DNA of 64,000 nt, taken from IMG/VR virus record IMGVR_UViG_3300021431_000075, positions 32,001 through 96,000 of that record. One strand, 5' to 3'. Origin of the DNA: a virus. Taxonomy: Duplodnaviria > Caudoviricetes. The translations under genes were made by a program, and so were the position numbers. Numbering within the stretch: the stretch's first letter is position 1; every line of letters begins with the position of its first letter. Below the pieces are notes generated by a model. It made no database searches. It was given only the letters and a program-made list of their open reading frames with translations, and had not been told where the DNA came from. This document shows positions 16,023 to 25,823 of this stretch, piece after piece.

Positions 16023-17945
16023 TTAAACTTCGTGTTTCAAAACATCACGCCTGTCTTTCGCAATTCCCTTTCCGAACCACCTATTGATGCTCTGGTCGCT
16101 CAACTCGTCCTTCTTATAGTAATGAAACATCGGGTTCTGCATCATCTCCTTGTACTGCTGGTTATTGAGAGAACCGAGACCCTTTGCATACTTGATATTG
16201 TAGTTCTTCAGTTCCTTCTCTCTCTGCTTGTACTCCTTATATGTATATATGTTTATCGACTCCTTGTCATTGTATGCAACCATAATCGGAGATATGGACC
16301 TGCACACCATGCCGTACTCGAACAGTTCCGGAAACCTGTTGAAGAACACGAGCAGCAAACCGCATATGTGGCTTCCGTCATAATCCGCATCTGTCGCTAT
16401 GACAATCCTGCTGAAGTTCAAATCCTCTTTCTTGTTCTTGCAACCCCACTGCAGACCGATGATGGACACCAAGTCGCTCAATTCCTTGTTCTGCATAATC
16501 TTGGAAGCCGAGCTTGAAATCGTGTTATACGGACAACCACGAAGCAGATATGCAGCCTGTGTCTGAGGATTCCTTGCCATTCTGAAACCGGCATTGGCAG
16601 AATCACCCTCGAATATCCACAGCTCCCGTTCTGCACGGTTCTTTGAATTAGCATCTATAAACTTGTCGCCTCTGGAAATCTTCTTCTTTGAATCCTTGTT
16701 CAACTTCCTGATATTCTTCAAGTCTTCAACTTCCGTCTTCTGTCTGTACCAGTCCATGACAGTGTCTATCAAGTCCGTCTTGTTCACAGAATCAAGAAAC
16801 TTCTTCGACATCGCGAACTCGTAGTTGCTATCACTTATCTTAAACTTGCTAACCGGAGTCGTAAGCGTGTCTTTCGTCTGGCTGTCATACGCAGGGTTGT
16901 CAACATGCATCAAGCAGAATATGGAATACTTGCCGTCGATATCCTTCGGAACAAGACTGATCTTCTTCTTTGCATTGATATATGAAGACACGCTCTCGTT
17001 GATGTACTTGTGTATAGCCCTGATATGCGTTCCGCTTGAGCACTCGGCTCCGTTCACGAAACCGATGTTTATATTCCCGTCCGGGAAGAACCACACAGAC
17101 TTCATATCATCAGAATACGTTATGAGAGAATCCGCATCATCTATATAATTGCCATACAGCATGATATACTCCTCAAATTTTGAAAACTTCCATTCAGATG
17201 AATATTCGCAGAAACCGTTCCTATAATGCTCGAACTTGACAGTCAAGCCAAGATTCGCTGCTGCTGCATCAATGCACCGCTTCTCTACAACATCAACAAA
17301 CTCGTCCGATATGCTTGTTATATTCTCAAATCTTGACAAGTCGAAAATATACGATGATTCTGTAAAATGGTCCTTGCAGTTCTTCTTGACTGCATCCCCG
17401 TTATCCTTTCCCATATTATCGCTCCAAGAATGAAAGTACGAATGCTTTCCATCTGCTGTAAATATGCTAAAATAAGATGAGAAAATGCCTGTTAAGCAAG
17501 CGCCTATTCCGTTCGTTCCGACAACATCGCGACTTTCTGTATCATCATAGTTGGATGATGTTCTCAACTGCGAGAACAAGAAATCTGGAAGCATCATATT
17601 CGCAACCTTATGCATCACGACAGGAATGCCGCCGTTATCTCGAACAGAGAAACTTCCATTGTTGTCTATCTTCACGACAATCTCCGTCAATCCCATGTTT
17701 CCTTCACGCCTGAACTCGTCGCATGAATTCGATATGACTTCATCACACAACTTGAGAAGTCCCGGACAGCAATCAACCGAACACTTCTTCATCAACGACT
17801 CTTCAACATCATACAAGAACAAGTCCATCTGCTCGTTCTTCACAGAACCTATATACATCCCGCTTCTGAACAGAATATGCTCTCTCTGACTCATCTGACG
17901 GTACTTGTCCTCAATCTTCTTTACCTTGCTCATTTCTTTGTTCAT
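16023..17945 (-). CDS. DNA topoisomerase II ATPase/TOPRIM subunit (T4 gp39+gp60 / GyrB-like)
   Basis: EHILFRSGMYIGS, EVISNSCDE, DNGGIPV, TSSNYDD...GTNGIG, SQTKD, EGDSA, LRG, DADYDGSHI and KGLGS motifs. Confidence 0.95.
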   Translation of the reverse strand: MNKEMSKVKKIEDKYRQMSQREHILFRSGMYIGSVKNEQMDLFLYDVEESLMKKCSVDCCPGLLKLCDEVISNSCDEFRREGNMGLTEIVVKIDNNGSFSVRDNGGIPVVMHKVANMMLPDFLFSQLRTSSNYDDTESRDVVGTNGIGACLTGIFSSYFSIFTADGKHSYFHSWSDNMGKDNGDAVKKNCKDHFTESSYIFDLSRFENITSISDEFVDVVEKRCIDAAAANLGLTVKFEHYRNGFCEYSSEWKFSKFEEYIMLYGNYIDDADSLITYSDDMKSVWFFPDGNINIGFVNGAECSSGTHIRAIHKYINESVSSYINAKKKISLVPKDIDGKYSIFCLMHVDNPAYDSQTKDTLTTPVSKFKISDSNYEFAMSKKFLDSVNKTDLIDTVMDWYRQKTEVEDLKNIRKLNKDSKKKISRGDKFIDANSKNRAERELWIFEGDSANAGFRMARNPQTQAAYLLRGCPYNTISSSASKIMQNKELSDLVSIIGLQWGCKNKKEDLNFSRIVIATDADYDGSHICGLLLVFFNRFPELFEYGMVCRSISPIMVAYNDKESINIYTYKEYKQREKELKNYNIKYAKGLGSLNNQQYKEMMQNPMFHYYKKDELSDQSINRWFGKGIAKDRRDVLKHEV

Positions 17946-18019
17946 TTGGGTATTTATTTTCAATCTTCATTTCTATCTAAATCATCTTTTTGATTTTTCA
18001 GCGAAGATAAATATCAAAA

Positions 18020-18252
18020 ATCCAAAAAACTGAAGTTAATAGTTGCGAAACTCGATTCAGTTTTCATCGTGCTGGCTAACAGCGATTCTTTATTTCTTTC
18101 TTAACTTAATAACTTAAAACACTTAAACTCTATTTTAATTCAAGAAACAAGAAAAAGAAAAACAGCAGCAATGACTTGTGAAAGCCAGAACTGCAAATAC
18201 GAGCAAATATCGTAGCCATCTCCGAAGTGATTTCAGAGATGGCATATTTTTT
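18020..18252 (+). ncRNA. Candidate rod-shaped structured ncRNA with its own promoter and terminator
   Basis: GATAAATA at 18006-18013. Nested complementary segments and no ORF. Terminator GCCATCTC...GAGATGGC plus T-run at 18215-18252. Confidence 0.45.
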
Positions 18253-18274
18253 AAAATAAATAGTCTATAAAAAC

Positions 18275-18763
18275 ATGTCCGAAGAAAAAATGGAACTAAT
18301 CAAAGAACTTATATTTTTGATTTGCAAACTATTTACAAAAGCAAACAAAGGAGAAGAACTCAAACTAAAGCAAATGAAATTTTTTCCGTTCAAGAGGTAC
18401 AAGTACTTGATGTGGTGCGGTTATGCGATATATAGAGAAGACAAGCCGGAACTTGCAGAAATGGACCAGCGCTCAATAACACATGAGACTATTCATTATC
18501 TTCAGGCAATCGACAAAAAGTTCTGGATTGTTTTCTATGCATCATACTTGTGGAACCGAATCAAAAACAATCCGTTCTCACATCTCGGCTATTTCAAGTC
18601 AAGGTATGAACTGGAAGCATATGCGAAAGAAGACGACAAGACTTATCCAGAACGACGAGAAAGAAACGCTCATAAGAAATTTTACTTGACAGAAGAAGAT
18701 AAGAAGATGACGATTTCATCAGTAATCATAGCAAGGTTGAAAATCAGATATAAAGACTTATAA
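18275..18763 (+). CDS. Hypothetical zincin-like protein (HExxH)
   Basis: THETIHYLQ followed by YELEAY. Late-type motif at 18255-18262. Confidence 0.65.
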   Translation: MSEEKMELIKELIFLICKLFTKANKGEELKLKQMKFFPFKRYKYLMWCGYAIYREDKPELAEMDQRSITHETIHYLQAIDKKFWIVFYASYLWNRIKNNPFSHLGYFKSRYELEAYAKEDDKTYPERRERNAHKKFYLTEEDKKMTISSVIIARLKIRYKDL

Positions 18764-19531
18764 AAGCGGTTCCATCGACTGCTCGTACTGTATCCTTTCA
18801 ACACACTTGTCATAATATGACTTGTCCTTCTCTATTCCGATAAACTTCCTCTTCATGCGAATGGCGGCAATGCCCGTACTCGCGCTTCCCATGCAGTTGT
18901 CAAGCACAACTGCATTTTCATTGCTATAAGTCCTTATAAGGTATTCAAGAAGCTTGACCGGCTTCTCCGTCGGATGAATCTTTCCGTTACGGTTCGGAAC
19001 AACATCAAACTCAAGAACATCGCTCGGCTGCACATAGTCCGGATCGTACTTCTTCGGTTTCTTTCCCATCTGTATATGGTTGCTGTCTCCGCAATAATGC
19101 TCATAGTTATAGCATTGCTTCTTCTCGCCGACACGCTCTTTCATCTGAGGATTATAGACCGCTGACTTCGCTCCCTTGTTGAACACGCAGATTTCCTCGA
19201 AATACTTCATCGGTCTGTATCTCGCGCTTGACATTCCGGTCGGAACGTTTTTCTTCCATATAAGCCTATATCGAAAATCATCAAGATTGCTTTCCGCCAC
19301 CTTGAACGTGAACTGTCCGCTACTGAACAATACCACGTTTCCACTTTCCTTAAGAATCCTGTTGTATTGGTTCCACAACTTGTCAAACGGAATCAGAACA
19401 TCCCATGATATGTCAGTGATTGCATACGGCAAATCACACAGCACAAGATCTATGCTTTTATCCGGAATCTTGTCCATGACATCAAGACAATCTCCGTTAT
19501 ATAGAGTTACTCCATCAGATTCGAACATCAT
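18758..19531 (-). CDS. Orphan amino (N6-adenine/N4-cytosine) DNA methyltransferase, beta class
   Basis: GDCL...IDLVLCDLPY (motif IV), HPTEKP, VLDNCMGSASTG (motif I), FIGIE. No adjacent endonuclease. Confidence 0.92.
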   Translation of the reverse strand: MMFESDGVTLYNGDCLDVMDKIPDKSIDLVLCDLPYAITDISWDVLIPFDKLWNQYNRILKESGNVVLFSSGQFTFKVAESNLDDFRYRLIWKKNVPTGMSSARYRPMKYFEEICVFNKGAKSAVYNPQMKERVGEKKQCYNYEHYCGDSNHIQMGKKPKKYDPDYVQPSDVLEFDVVPNRNGKIHPTEKPVKLLEYLIRTYSNENAVVLDNCMGSASTGIAAIRMKRKFIGIEKDKSYYDKCVERIQYEQSMEPLL

Positions 19532-19633
19532 AATTATGATACATCAAAAATGCAGAAAAGTTTAAAAACAACCACATCAAACTGTTGAAAATAGATAAAT
19601 AATTCAAACGAGAGAAGCAAAAAATCTTGATTT

Positions 19634-19735
19634 ATGGACTGTTCAAAGACACTTGCCTGCTCAATCTGCACAAGTCGTTGTCCAGAGAAGCCGCAAGTCA
19701 CAACAGCATACGTCATCTTGCACGAAACAGCATAG
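19634..19735 (+). CDS. Possible 33-aa Cys-rich peptide upstream of phoH
   Basis: MDCSKTLACSICTSRCPEKPQVTTAYVILHETA*. Located between GATAAATA (19594-19601) and a terminator-like hairpin. Confidence 0.35.
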   Translation: MDCSKTLACSICTSRCPEKPQVTTAYVILHETA

Positions 19736-19801
19736 CCCTGTCATCCAATGCAACAAAATGACTTATGCTGTTTTCTTTTTTAAAAAATCAAAAATTACTA
19801 A

Positions 19802-20608
19802 ATGGCTCGAAAGAAACATTTGCAGGGAGTCGATGAAACCGACTTGGAAATCATCGAAGACAAGATGAGAGACACATCAAGCGGACAACCATATAGCGAC
19901 TCAACGATTTCATCAACGAACTATTCGTTCAAAATCAATCTCAAATGCAAAAACCAGAAACAGAAAGATTTTTTGAATCTACTGAAGAACGACGCATACC
20001 AGATCGTGATAGGTCTCGGTTCAGCCGGCAGCGGAAAGTCGATGATTTCTCTTGCTTATGCGCTCAATACAATCAAGATAGGTCAAGCAAGCCAGTTCCG
20101 GCACATCGTCTGCATGATTCCGACTTGTCCGGCTGGAAACATGAACATCGGATTCCTGAAAGGAACGCTTGAAGAGAAGATAGAACCATATCTTCAGGCA
20201 GACGGTCACACGATGGAAAAGATTCTCGAACTGTCAGGAAACACGTCATGCAAATCAACGATAGACGGTCTGTTCAGAAACGGAATCATTCGATACGAAC
20301 TTGTCAACTTCTCGAGAGGAAAGACATTCGACAACACGCTCATCCTTGTCAATGAGGCGGAGAACTACTCGAAAGAAGAGATGCTCCTGATTCTGACGAG
20401 AGTAGGAGAAGGTTCTAAGTTGATTCTGACAGGAGACCTTCAGCAATGCGACAGGCAAGACATCAAGCGTTCGAAATCAAAGTCCGGTCTTGAATATGCA
20501 TGCGACAAACTGAAGTCCCTTGATGAGTTCGCGATGGTCGAGTTCGGTCCGGAAGACGTGGTCAGAAACCCGATTATAACAAAAATCCTAAACCTGTGGA
20601 ACATATAA
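19802..20608 (+). CDS. phoH: PhoH-like ATPase
   Basis: KNQKQ, GSAGSGKS (Walker A), IGFLKGTLEEKIEPY, RGKTF, NEAEN, LTRVGEGSKLILTGDLQQCD and DVVRNP motifs. Confidence 0.93.
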   Translation: MARKKHLQGVDETDLEIIEDKMRDTSSGQPYSDSTISSTNYSFKINLKCKNQKQKDFLNLLKNDAYQIVIGLGSAGSGKSMISLAYALNTIKIGQASQFRHIVCMIPTCPAGNMNIGFLKGTLEEKIEPYLQADGHTMEKILELSGNTSCKSTIDGLFRNGIIRYELVNFSRGKTFDNTLILVNEAENYSKEEMLLILTRVGEGSKLILTGDLQQCDRQDIKRSKSKSGLEYACDKLKSLDEFAMVEFGPEDVVRNPIITKILNLWNI

Positions 20609-20673
20609 ACCATCATCAATCCGGCTCTCAAAAATAAATAAAAGAGAGCCGGAAATATTTTTTAATTACAGAC

Positions 20674-21954
20674 ATGAAAATCAACGAATCATTGTTCAAC
20701 AATGTAGATTCAGAAGAAATAGAAGACATCGAAGACGTATATTCGAACAACATAGACTCATATCCGATGATTCTATCAATGTTAATTCATAACGAATGGA
20801 ATGCCCAGAAAATGTCAATCGGAGACTTCTGTAGCAAAGTCATTTCAAAACTTGCAAATACGTTAGATGAAGTGCTTGATGACGACAGCAGCATTCTTGA
20901 TAGGTCTCCTCTGTTCTTTATGAACGACTGGTGCTATTCAGATTCAAAATATGAAAAACTGGCATCTGTCAAACCCCAGATGATGAACGGTTACTGCGCA
21001 TATGACTTCGGCAACAAAGACGGCAACTTCACTATCTCATGGTTCATATATCCGGCATTCCTGAGGTACTTCCAAATCCGCAGATTCTTTAAAAACCTAA
21101 TCGAACCGGCAGAAAAGTTAATACAAGACATTGACAACACTCTCTCTATATTCACTGTTCAAATTCTCGACTTGACACATAATAAACGAGGTTTTGTTTT
21201 AGAAGATTACTTCCATGAGAAATATTCAATTTTCCATGACACTAAAGGAATCGCTATGGCATATGCGATGCTGTTGCCAAAGTACAATGCGAACTCATTG
21301 ATTCATACGATTCTGACAGAAAAAGCAAACACGATTATAAAAGAAAGAAAACATGTAGAAGATATCATAAAAAATAATGAATTGCCGGCACAGTTCAACA
21401 AAAGAAAAATAAAGTTAATTGAAATTTCTGGTCCAAATGGCGAAGGTGCCATGCTTAACATGATTAAACAATCAGGAGAACTCATATCTAAAATATGGGC
21501 AAACAGCATCATAACATATGACTATGTTGTAGAACTATGCCTGTTCGGGAGCGGCATATACAACAACAAGTTTGAGACTCTAAACAATCAGCCAGTACGA
21601 TTGAACATGGTCAATATATGCGGAGAACTTGTTTTTGAGAAATGGATAGACAGAATCAAAGACATTGAAAGCGAATACGGCAAATTATTCATCGTGGAAA
21701 AAAACAGAGAGAGGAATTTCCTGAACCAATACGGCGTAATCATCGGAGAAGAATGGAAAAGCACACTCGGCGGTGAATGGCACAAACTGTCTTATAATGA
21801 TGGTTACACATACTATATAGATCCGATTGAACGCATTAATGCAAAAATATATCGAGAATACCCGGATGGAAAACTTGAACTGGCTCCTGAAATAGCAAAG
21901 GCGTTGAATGAAATAAAACCGGAGAAAAAGAAAAAGCCATCAAGAAGAAAATGA
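20674..21954 (+). CDS. Leader-family protein without WG repeats
   Basis: Starts MKINESLFNNVDSEEIED, the same leader as the array genes. AATAAATA at 20633-20640. Confidence 0.8.
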   Translation: MKINESLFNNVDSEEIEDIEDVYSNNIDSYPMILSMLIHNEWNAQKMSIGDFCSKVISKLANTLDEVLDDDSSILDRSPLFFMNDWCYSDSKYEKLASVKPQMMNGYCAYDFGNKDGNFTISWFIYPAFLRYFQIRRFFKNLIEPAEKLIQDIDNTLSIFTVQILDLTHNKRGFVLEDYFHEKYSIFHDTKGIAMAYAMLLPKYNANSLIHTILTEKANTIIKERKHVEDIIKNNELPAQFNKRKIKLIEISGPNGEGAMLNMIKQSGELISKIWANSIITYDYVVELCLFGSGIYNNKFETLNNQPVRLNMVNICGELVFEKWIDRIKDIESEYGKLFIVEKNRERNFLNQYGVIIGEEWKSTLGGEWHKLSYNDGYTYYIDPIERINAKIYREYPDGKLELAPEIAKALNEIKPEKKKKPSRRK

Positions 21955-23261
21955 AACATATCATCTACCAAAAAAACAAGTTCAATGCATTGAACGAGAA
22001 TTTAATGGGAGAATTAGAAGCGGAAGAAGTAACTGACGATTCTGACAAACTGGTCATAAATCCAGAAAACTACGACTTCTACGTCAGAATCACTATGCTT
22101 ATTGCGATTCCGGTTCTGATAATACGGTCGAAAGAACGTTATCTTGCAGCGATTAAGAAACTGAATGAAATAATAGACGAATCGACAGCGATATACGACC
22201 ACAGCACCGTTTGTAGTTTCTATGACGATATGGAGAATGCAGAGATGATGATAGTTCCTGTACATAATCAAGATGTTCCGAAGGACAAAATGATGAACAA
22301 TGGCATCCATTTTGCAATCTCAACAAACCATATCAGCAGACGAGAACTTTGGAAGCTTCTCCAAAATATAACAAAATGTCTATTCGAAATGGTTTCAAAC
22401 GACATGGAATCATTTGATGCGTTTTTCTCACGACTGTGCATTAACAAAAATCTCGGAAATGGTCAATTCGAAACAAACAGCAGCAATTCAGTCGATTTGT
22501 TACATTTCTTTCCGACATTCTTATCTCTATTGAACAAAGAAAAAGAAAAGGAAGCGGAACACGAGACGCTGATTAGTCATTTAACGAAACTATTCAATCT
22601 GTTCATTCCAGAACAAGAAATAAAGAACTATATATACATCATCGAGCAAAGTGGAATTGATGACATATTGCATTACTGCATCAATGGATTAGATGCTATA
22701 CAAGACAGCAGTAGCATTACAGATCCGTTAAACATAAAAAGAAAATTCCTTCAGGCATTCTATTTCAAAAGCAAGACTATCAATTTGCCAGACAAAGACA
22801 AAGAAACATTTATCGGCAAACCGTTCATTTTCTATTCAGCATTATCAAGCAATAACACATATGTTCTATTGAGTCCTATAACATCATTCGGCTTCATAAA
22901 TCCTTGTTTCCCAAAATCAACAACAACACAAAATGTTCTAAAGTCATTAACAAAGAGCCAGACGAAACTAAAAAGGATATTCGCAAGCAGCTGCTGCCTG
23001 ATGACAAAAGACTTGTCTAAAGGAAACAACGTAGAAGAATGCGTTGAAACTTTTCTTGCATTATATCTCGACTTTGGTTTCGTGAAAGTGAACTATATGA
23101 TACAAAGATGCATCGTCATGTTCCTGATTAGCTCGAATATAGACAAAAGAGATGAAAGCATAGCAGAACTACACAAGCTCATACCAGAACTGAACCCGAC
23201 GATTGCAAATGACTATCTAAATTTAGCGTTGAAAATGTCAACCAAACTAATTTATCAATAA
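21951..23261 (+). CDS. Leader-family protein without WG repeats
   Basis: ALNENLMGELEAEEVTD leader. ATGA overlap with the upstream paralogue. Confidence 0.8.
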   Translation: MKHIIYQKNKFNALNENLMGELEAEEVTDDSDKLVINPENYDFYVRITMLIAIPVLIIRSKERYLAAIKKLNEIIDESTAIYDHSTVCSFYDDMENAEMMIVPVHNQDVPKDKMMNNGIHFAISTNHISRRELWKLLQNITKCLFEMVSNDMESFDAFFSRLCINKNLGNGQFETNSSNSVDLLHFFPTFLSLLNKEKEKEAEHETLISHLTKLFNLFIPEQEIKNYIYIIEQSGIDDILHYCINGLDAIQDSSSITDPLNIKRKFLQAFYFKSKTINLPDKDKETFIGKPFIFYSALSSNNTYVLLSPITSFGFINPCFPKSTTTQNVLKSLTKSQTKLKRIFASSCCLMTKDLSKGNNVEECVETFLALYLDFGFVKVNYMIQRCIVMFLISSNIDKRDESIAELHKLIPELNPTIANDYLNLALKMSTKLIYQ

Positions 23262-23272
23262 AATGTAAGAAA

Positions 23273-23479
23273 ATGCAATCAAAAACCAACTTAATTAATA
23301 TGTTAAAGTCATCGCGTACTCCAATAGAGGGTGACATTGCGAAGGAGATTCGCAGTGCAGTTGCTCGTATATTCACTGGTCAGTTGAATGAAAAAGATAG
23401 AGCAAGCATAAACCGCTCTATAGAATCTCTGAGCAAGTATAAAGCGAACTGGATAGGACGCAATGGACAAAAAAAATGA
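23273..23479 (+). CDS. Small hypothetical protein
   Basis: 68-aa ORF in operon position; contains QLNE. Confidence 0.55.
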   Translation: MQSKTNLINMLKSSRTPIEGDIAKEIRSAVARIFTGQLNEKDRASINRSIESLSKYKANWIGRNGQKK

Positions 23480-23547
23480 ATTGATATCAAAATCAATAAT
23501 TTTGAAAATTGAAAAATAAATAGTTAAGCAAAATACACATATAGAAA

Positions 23548-23727
23548 ATGAACTTCAAAAACGGTGACATCATCAGGATTCTCTCGCATGGAATCATTCA
23601 TGACGGCATCATCAAGAAGATAGGAAGCAAGTTCATTTACGTTGAGACAGTCGGCTCCAAATCAATAACCGAGAAGTTCGACAAGAAATCAAGAACATCA
23701 GAAACAGGCTCCTTAATCATCAAATAA
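23548..23727 (+). CDS. Small beta-barrel-like (SH3/KOW-type) protein (59 aa, not in the ORF track)
   Basis: MNFKNGDIIRILSHGIIHDGIIKKIGSKFIYVET..., behind AATAAATA at 23515-23522. Confidence 0.65.
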   Translation: MNFKNGDIIRILSHGIIHDGIIKKIGSKFIYVETVGSKSITEKFDKKSRTSETGSLIIK

Positions 23728-23740
23728 ATCTCGAATCACT

Positions 23741-24535
23741 ATGAGCTGGGGAACAGTTGTTCAGACAGTAGGTTTATGGTATCAGAAGAACATCCACAAC
23801 TATAATCAGGGACAGTACTCGTCTTGCTCGATTGCCAACACCGGCAAGGTAAGACATGACTGCTCCGGATTCGTCAGCGCATGTCTCCGTGCCGCCGGAA
23901 TCATCAGTCCGACTTCAATATACAGAAGCGGCGATTTCCTGATGAACGGCGCGGCTGCCGCATCCCTGCGCAGAGCGGGATTCTATCCGATGACTTATTC
24001 ATACAGCCTGCTACAGCCGTTCGACATCATAGCATACAACGGTCATGTCGAAATCTATGCCGGAAAGCAGAACGGCGCGGACCGGTCATGGTCTTGGGGT
24101 TCATGCCATGACGGATTGAACGGCAGGTCCGGAATGCCAGCATATATGGCTGCGAAGACAAGATACGTCACGATATGGAGAGTCGGCGGAACAGCGCCTC
24201 CAATCTCGACTCCGTTCATGAACACTCCGTTCATCCCGTCCGCTGGATATGGCGGAGCTATGAACTTCAACAGCGCAGATACGGCAAACTATGCATCATA
24301 CGACTCGACGATAGACGGAAACATATTTGCATCGGCAGTCCAGAACTCATTCACGCCGACTACGACAAGCGTAATGAATGCTGATGCAGGCGGAGAACAC
24401 AGAACAAGAATATACTCTGCATCGAACCGAACAATAACAATCGACGAACTGTCAGTTCCAATCAACGAAGGGGACATCAGCACAGAAACAGCGGAAAATG
24501 ACATCAATGAGTCGGAAACCGCTTCAAGAGTTTAA
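23741..24535 (+). CDS. NlpC/P60-family peptidoglycan hydrolase with C-terminal extension
   Basis: HDCSGFVSACL (catalytic Cys) and LQPFDII...GHVEIYAG (catalytic His). Confidence 0.85.
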   Translation: MSWGTVVQTVGLWYQKNIHNYNQGQYSSCSIANTGKVRHDCSGFVSACLRAAGIISPTSIYRSGDFLMNGAAAASLRRAGFYPMTYSYSLLQPFDIIAYNGHVEIYAGKQNGADRSWSWGSCHDGLNGRSGMPAYMAAKTRYVTIWRVGGTAPPISTPFMNTPFIPSAGYGGAMNFNSADTANYASYDSTIDGNIFASAVQNSFTPTTTSVMNADAGGEHRTRIYSASNRTITIDELSVPINEGDISTETAENDINESETASRV

Positions 24536-24536
24536 A

Positions 24537-24568
24537 GAGAGAGAATTGCGTTTTGCAATTCTCTCTTC
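24537..24568. terminator. Hairpin between convergent genes, marking the 3' end of the array
   Basis: GAGAGAATTGC-GTTTT-GCAATTCTCTC. Confidence 0.75.
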
Positions 24569-24572
24569 ATCT

Positions 24573-25823
24573 TTATTTGAAACCGAATTTTGAAAGACAT
24601 CTGGTTATAGTTGCATCATCAGCATATTTGCTTTCGCTGTTGCATATCTGGTCAACCATATCCTGTTTCTGTTCCTGAGTGACATTCAAGTTATTCTTGA
24701 CAAAACTCAGCATCCTTGTTATAGATTCTTCTGTGTGTTCATAGTCAATGACACAAACGATAGCAACATATTCCTTTATATCATTAAAAACAGTTCCACG
24801 AAGATACAGATAAAGCACATTCGTGTCTTTTGGAAAAACATCATAAACATCTCTGCTTAATTGAACAGCCTTGACAAGAACATTGTTATTTCTTATCCTG
24901 TTCATCGTCCTGTCGCACAAATCCTGCATAACATCAACATCGACTCCTGTATTTTTCCTCAAAACAGCAAGTTCCAGTCGCTGATTCTCGTTGTTATATG
25001 ACGCATCAAATGCGACTTTATGAACAGGCTCCACAAACAGCACCCTGTCAAAATTACAATTCGGCTTCATGCGGACATCCGTCAGCATGTGTTTTTCATT
25101 AATATAAACCGAGTGGTTTTCTCCGCAAAATTGATGATAATAACCTTTATATGTATAACTCCGAACAAGATATTGTCCCAAACCTCCTGTACCGAAATAA
25201 GTGAACAGCCTATATGCTTTTGAAGTCAAATATCTGGACTTTGCATTTCTATAATCATAATCAAAACTAAACCCGGTATATGTCGCACTCGAATCTCGGT
25301 TAACATTACCAACAATACCAAACCCGTCTATATCAAGTTTTGTACCGTATATTTTTTTCAAACTGTGAATATTTTTTTCCAAATCGTCAAAGAACCGGAC
25401 AACCTCTTCATATCTCATATGACACTTCAATCTAACATAGAAATAAAAAACTTGCGTTGAAGGTTTTTCAAGTTGTTCTAAAGTGGCATAAGAGTGATAT
25501 ACAATACCCCCCAATTCCAACTTGTTATACTTATCTTTTGATTCTATATCCGTATCAACAGTCAGAACTATCTTTGAATACTCATATATGCTGAATTTAC
25601 TATCGAGCAAGGAACATAAGCATCTTGCAGCATACTCGACCTTGTAATTAAGGTCGTCTATGCTGTCATGTGAAATGGAAATATGGACTGACAATATAGC
25701 ATCATAGTCGTCATCATGCGGAAAGTCATCTACAAACAATCCGTCATTCGCATTATCATCAACAACTTCTTCAACATCAACAGAAGAAAGCATATCCTCG
25801 TTTATCGTCAACAACTTACTCAT
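24573..25823 (-). CDS. Array member: leader-family protein without WG repeats
   Basis: TINEDMLSSVDVEEVVD leader, then YDAILSVHIS-type first strand. Confidence 0.8.
   Translation of the reverse strand: MSKLLTINEDMLSSVDVEEVVDDNANDGLFVDDFPHDDDYDAILSVHISISHDSIDDLNYKVEYAARCLCSLLDSKFSIYEYSKIVLTVDTDIESKDKYNKLELGGIVYHSYATLEQLEKPSTQVFYFYVRLKCHMRYEEVVRFFDDLEKNIHSLKKIYGTKLDIDGFGIVGNVNRDSSATYTGFSFDYDYRNAKSRYLTSKAYRLFTYFGTGGLGQYLVRSYTYKGYYHQFCGENHSVYINEKHMLTDVRMKPNCNFDRVLFVEPVHKVAFDASYNNENQRLELAVLRKNTGVDVDVMQDLCDRTMNRIRNNNVLVKAVQLSRDVYDVFPKDTNVLYLYLRGTVFNDIKEYVAIVCVIDYEHTEESITRMLSFVKNNLNVTQEQKQDMVDQICNSESKYADDATITRCLSKFGFK

Noticed and set aside
16023-17963. Topoisomerase B-type subunit without an adjacent A-type (gp52-like) subunit
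   Set aside because: Separation of the subunit genes is normal in T4-like phages; the partner is probably elsewhere in the genome.
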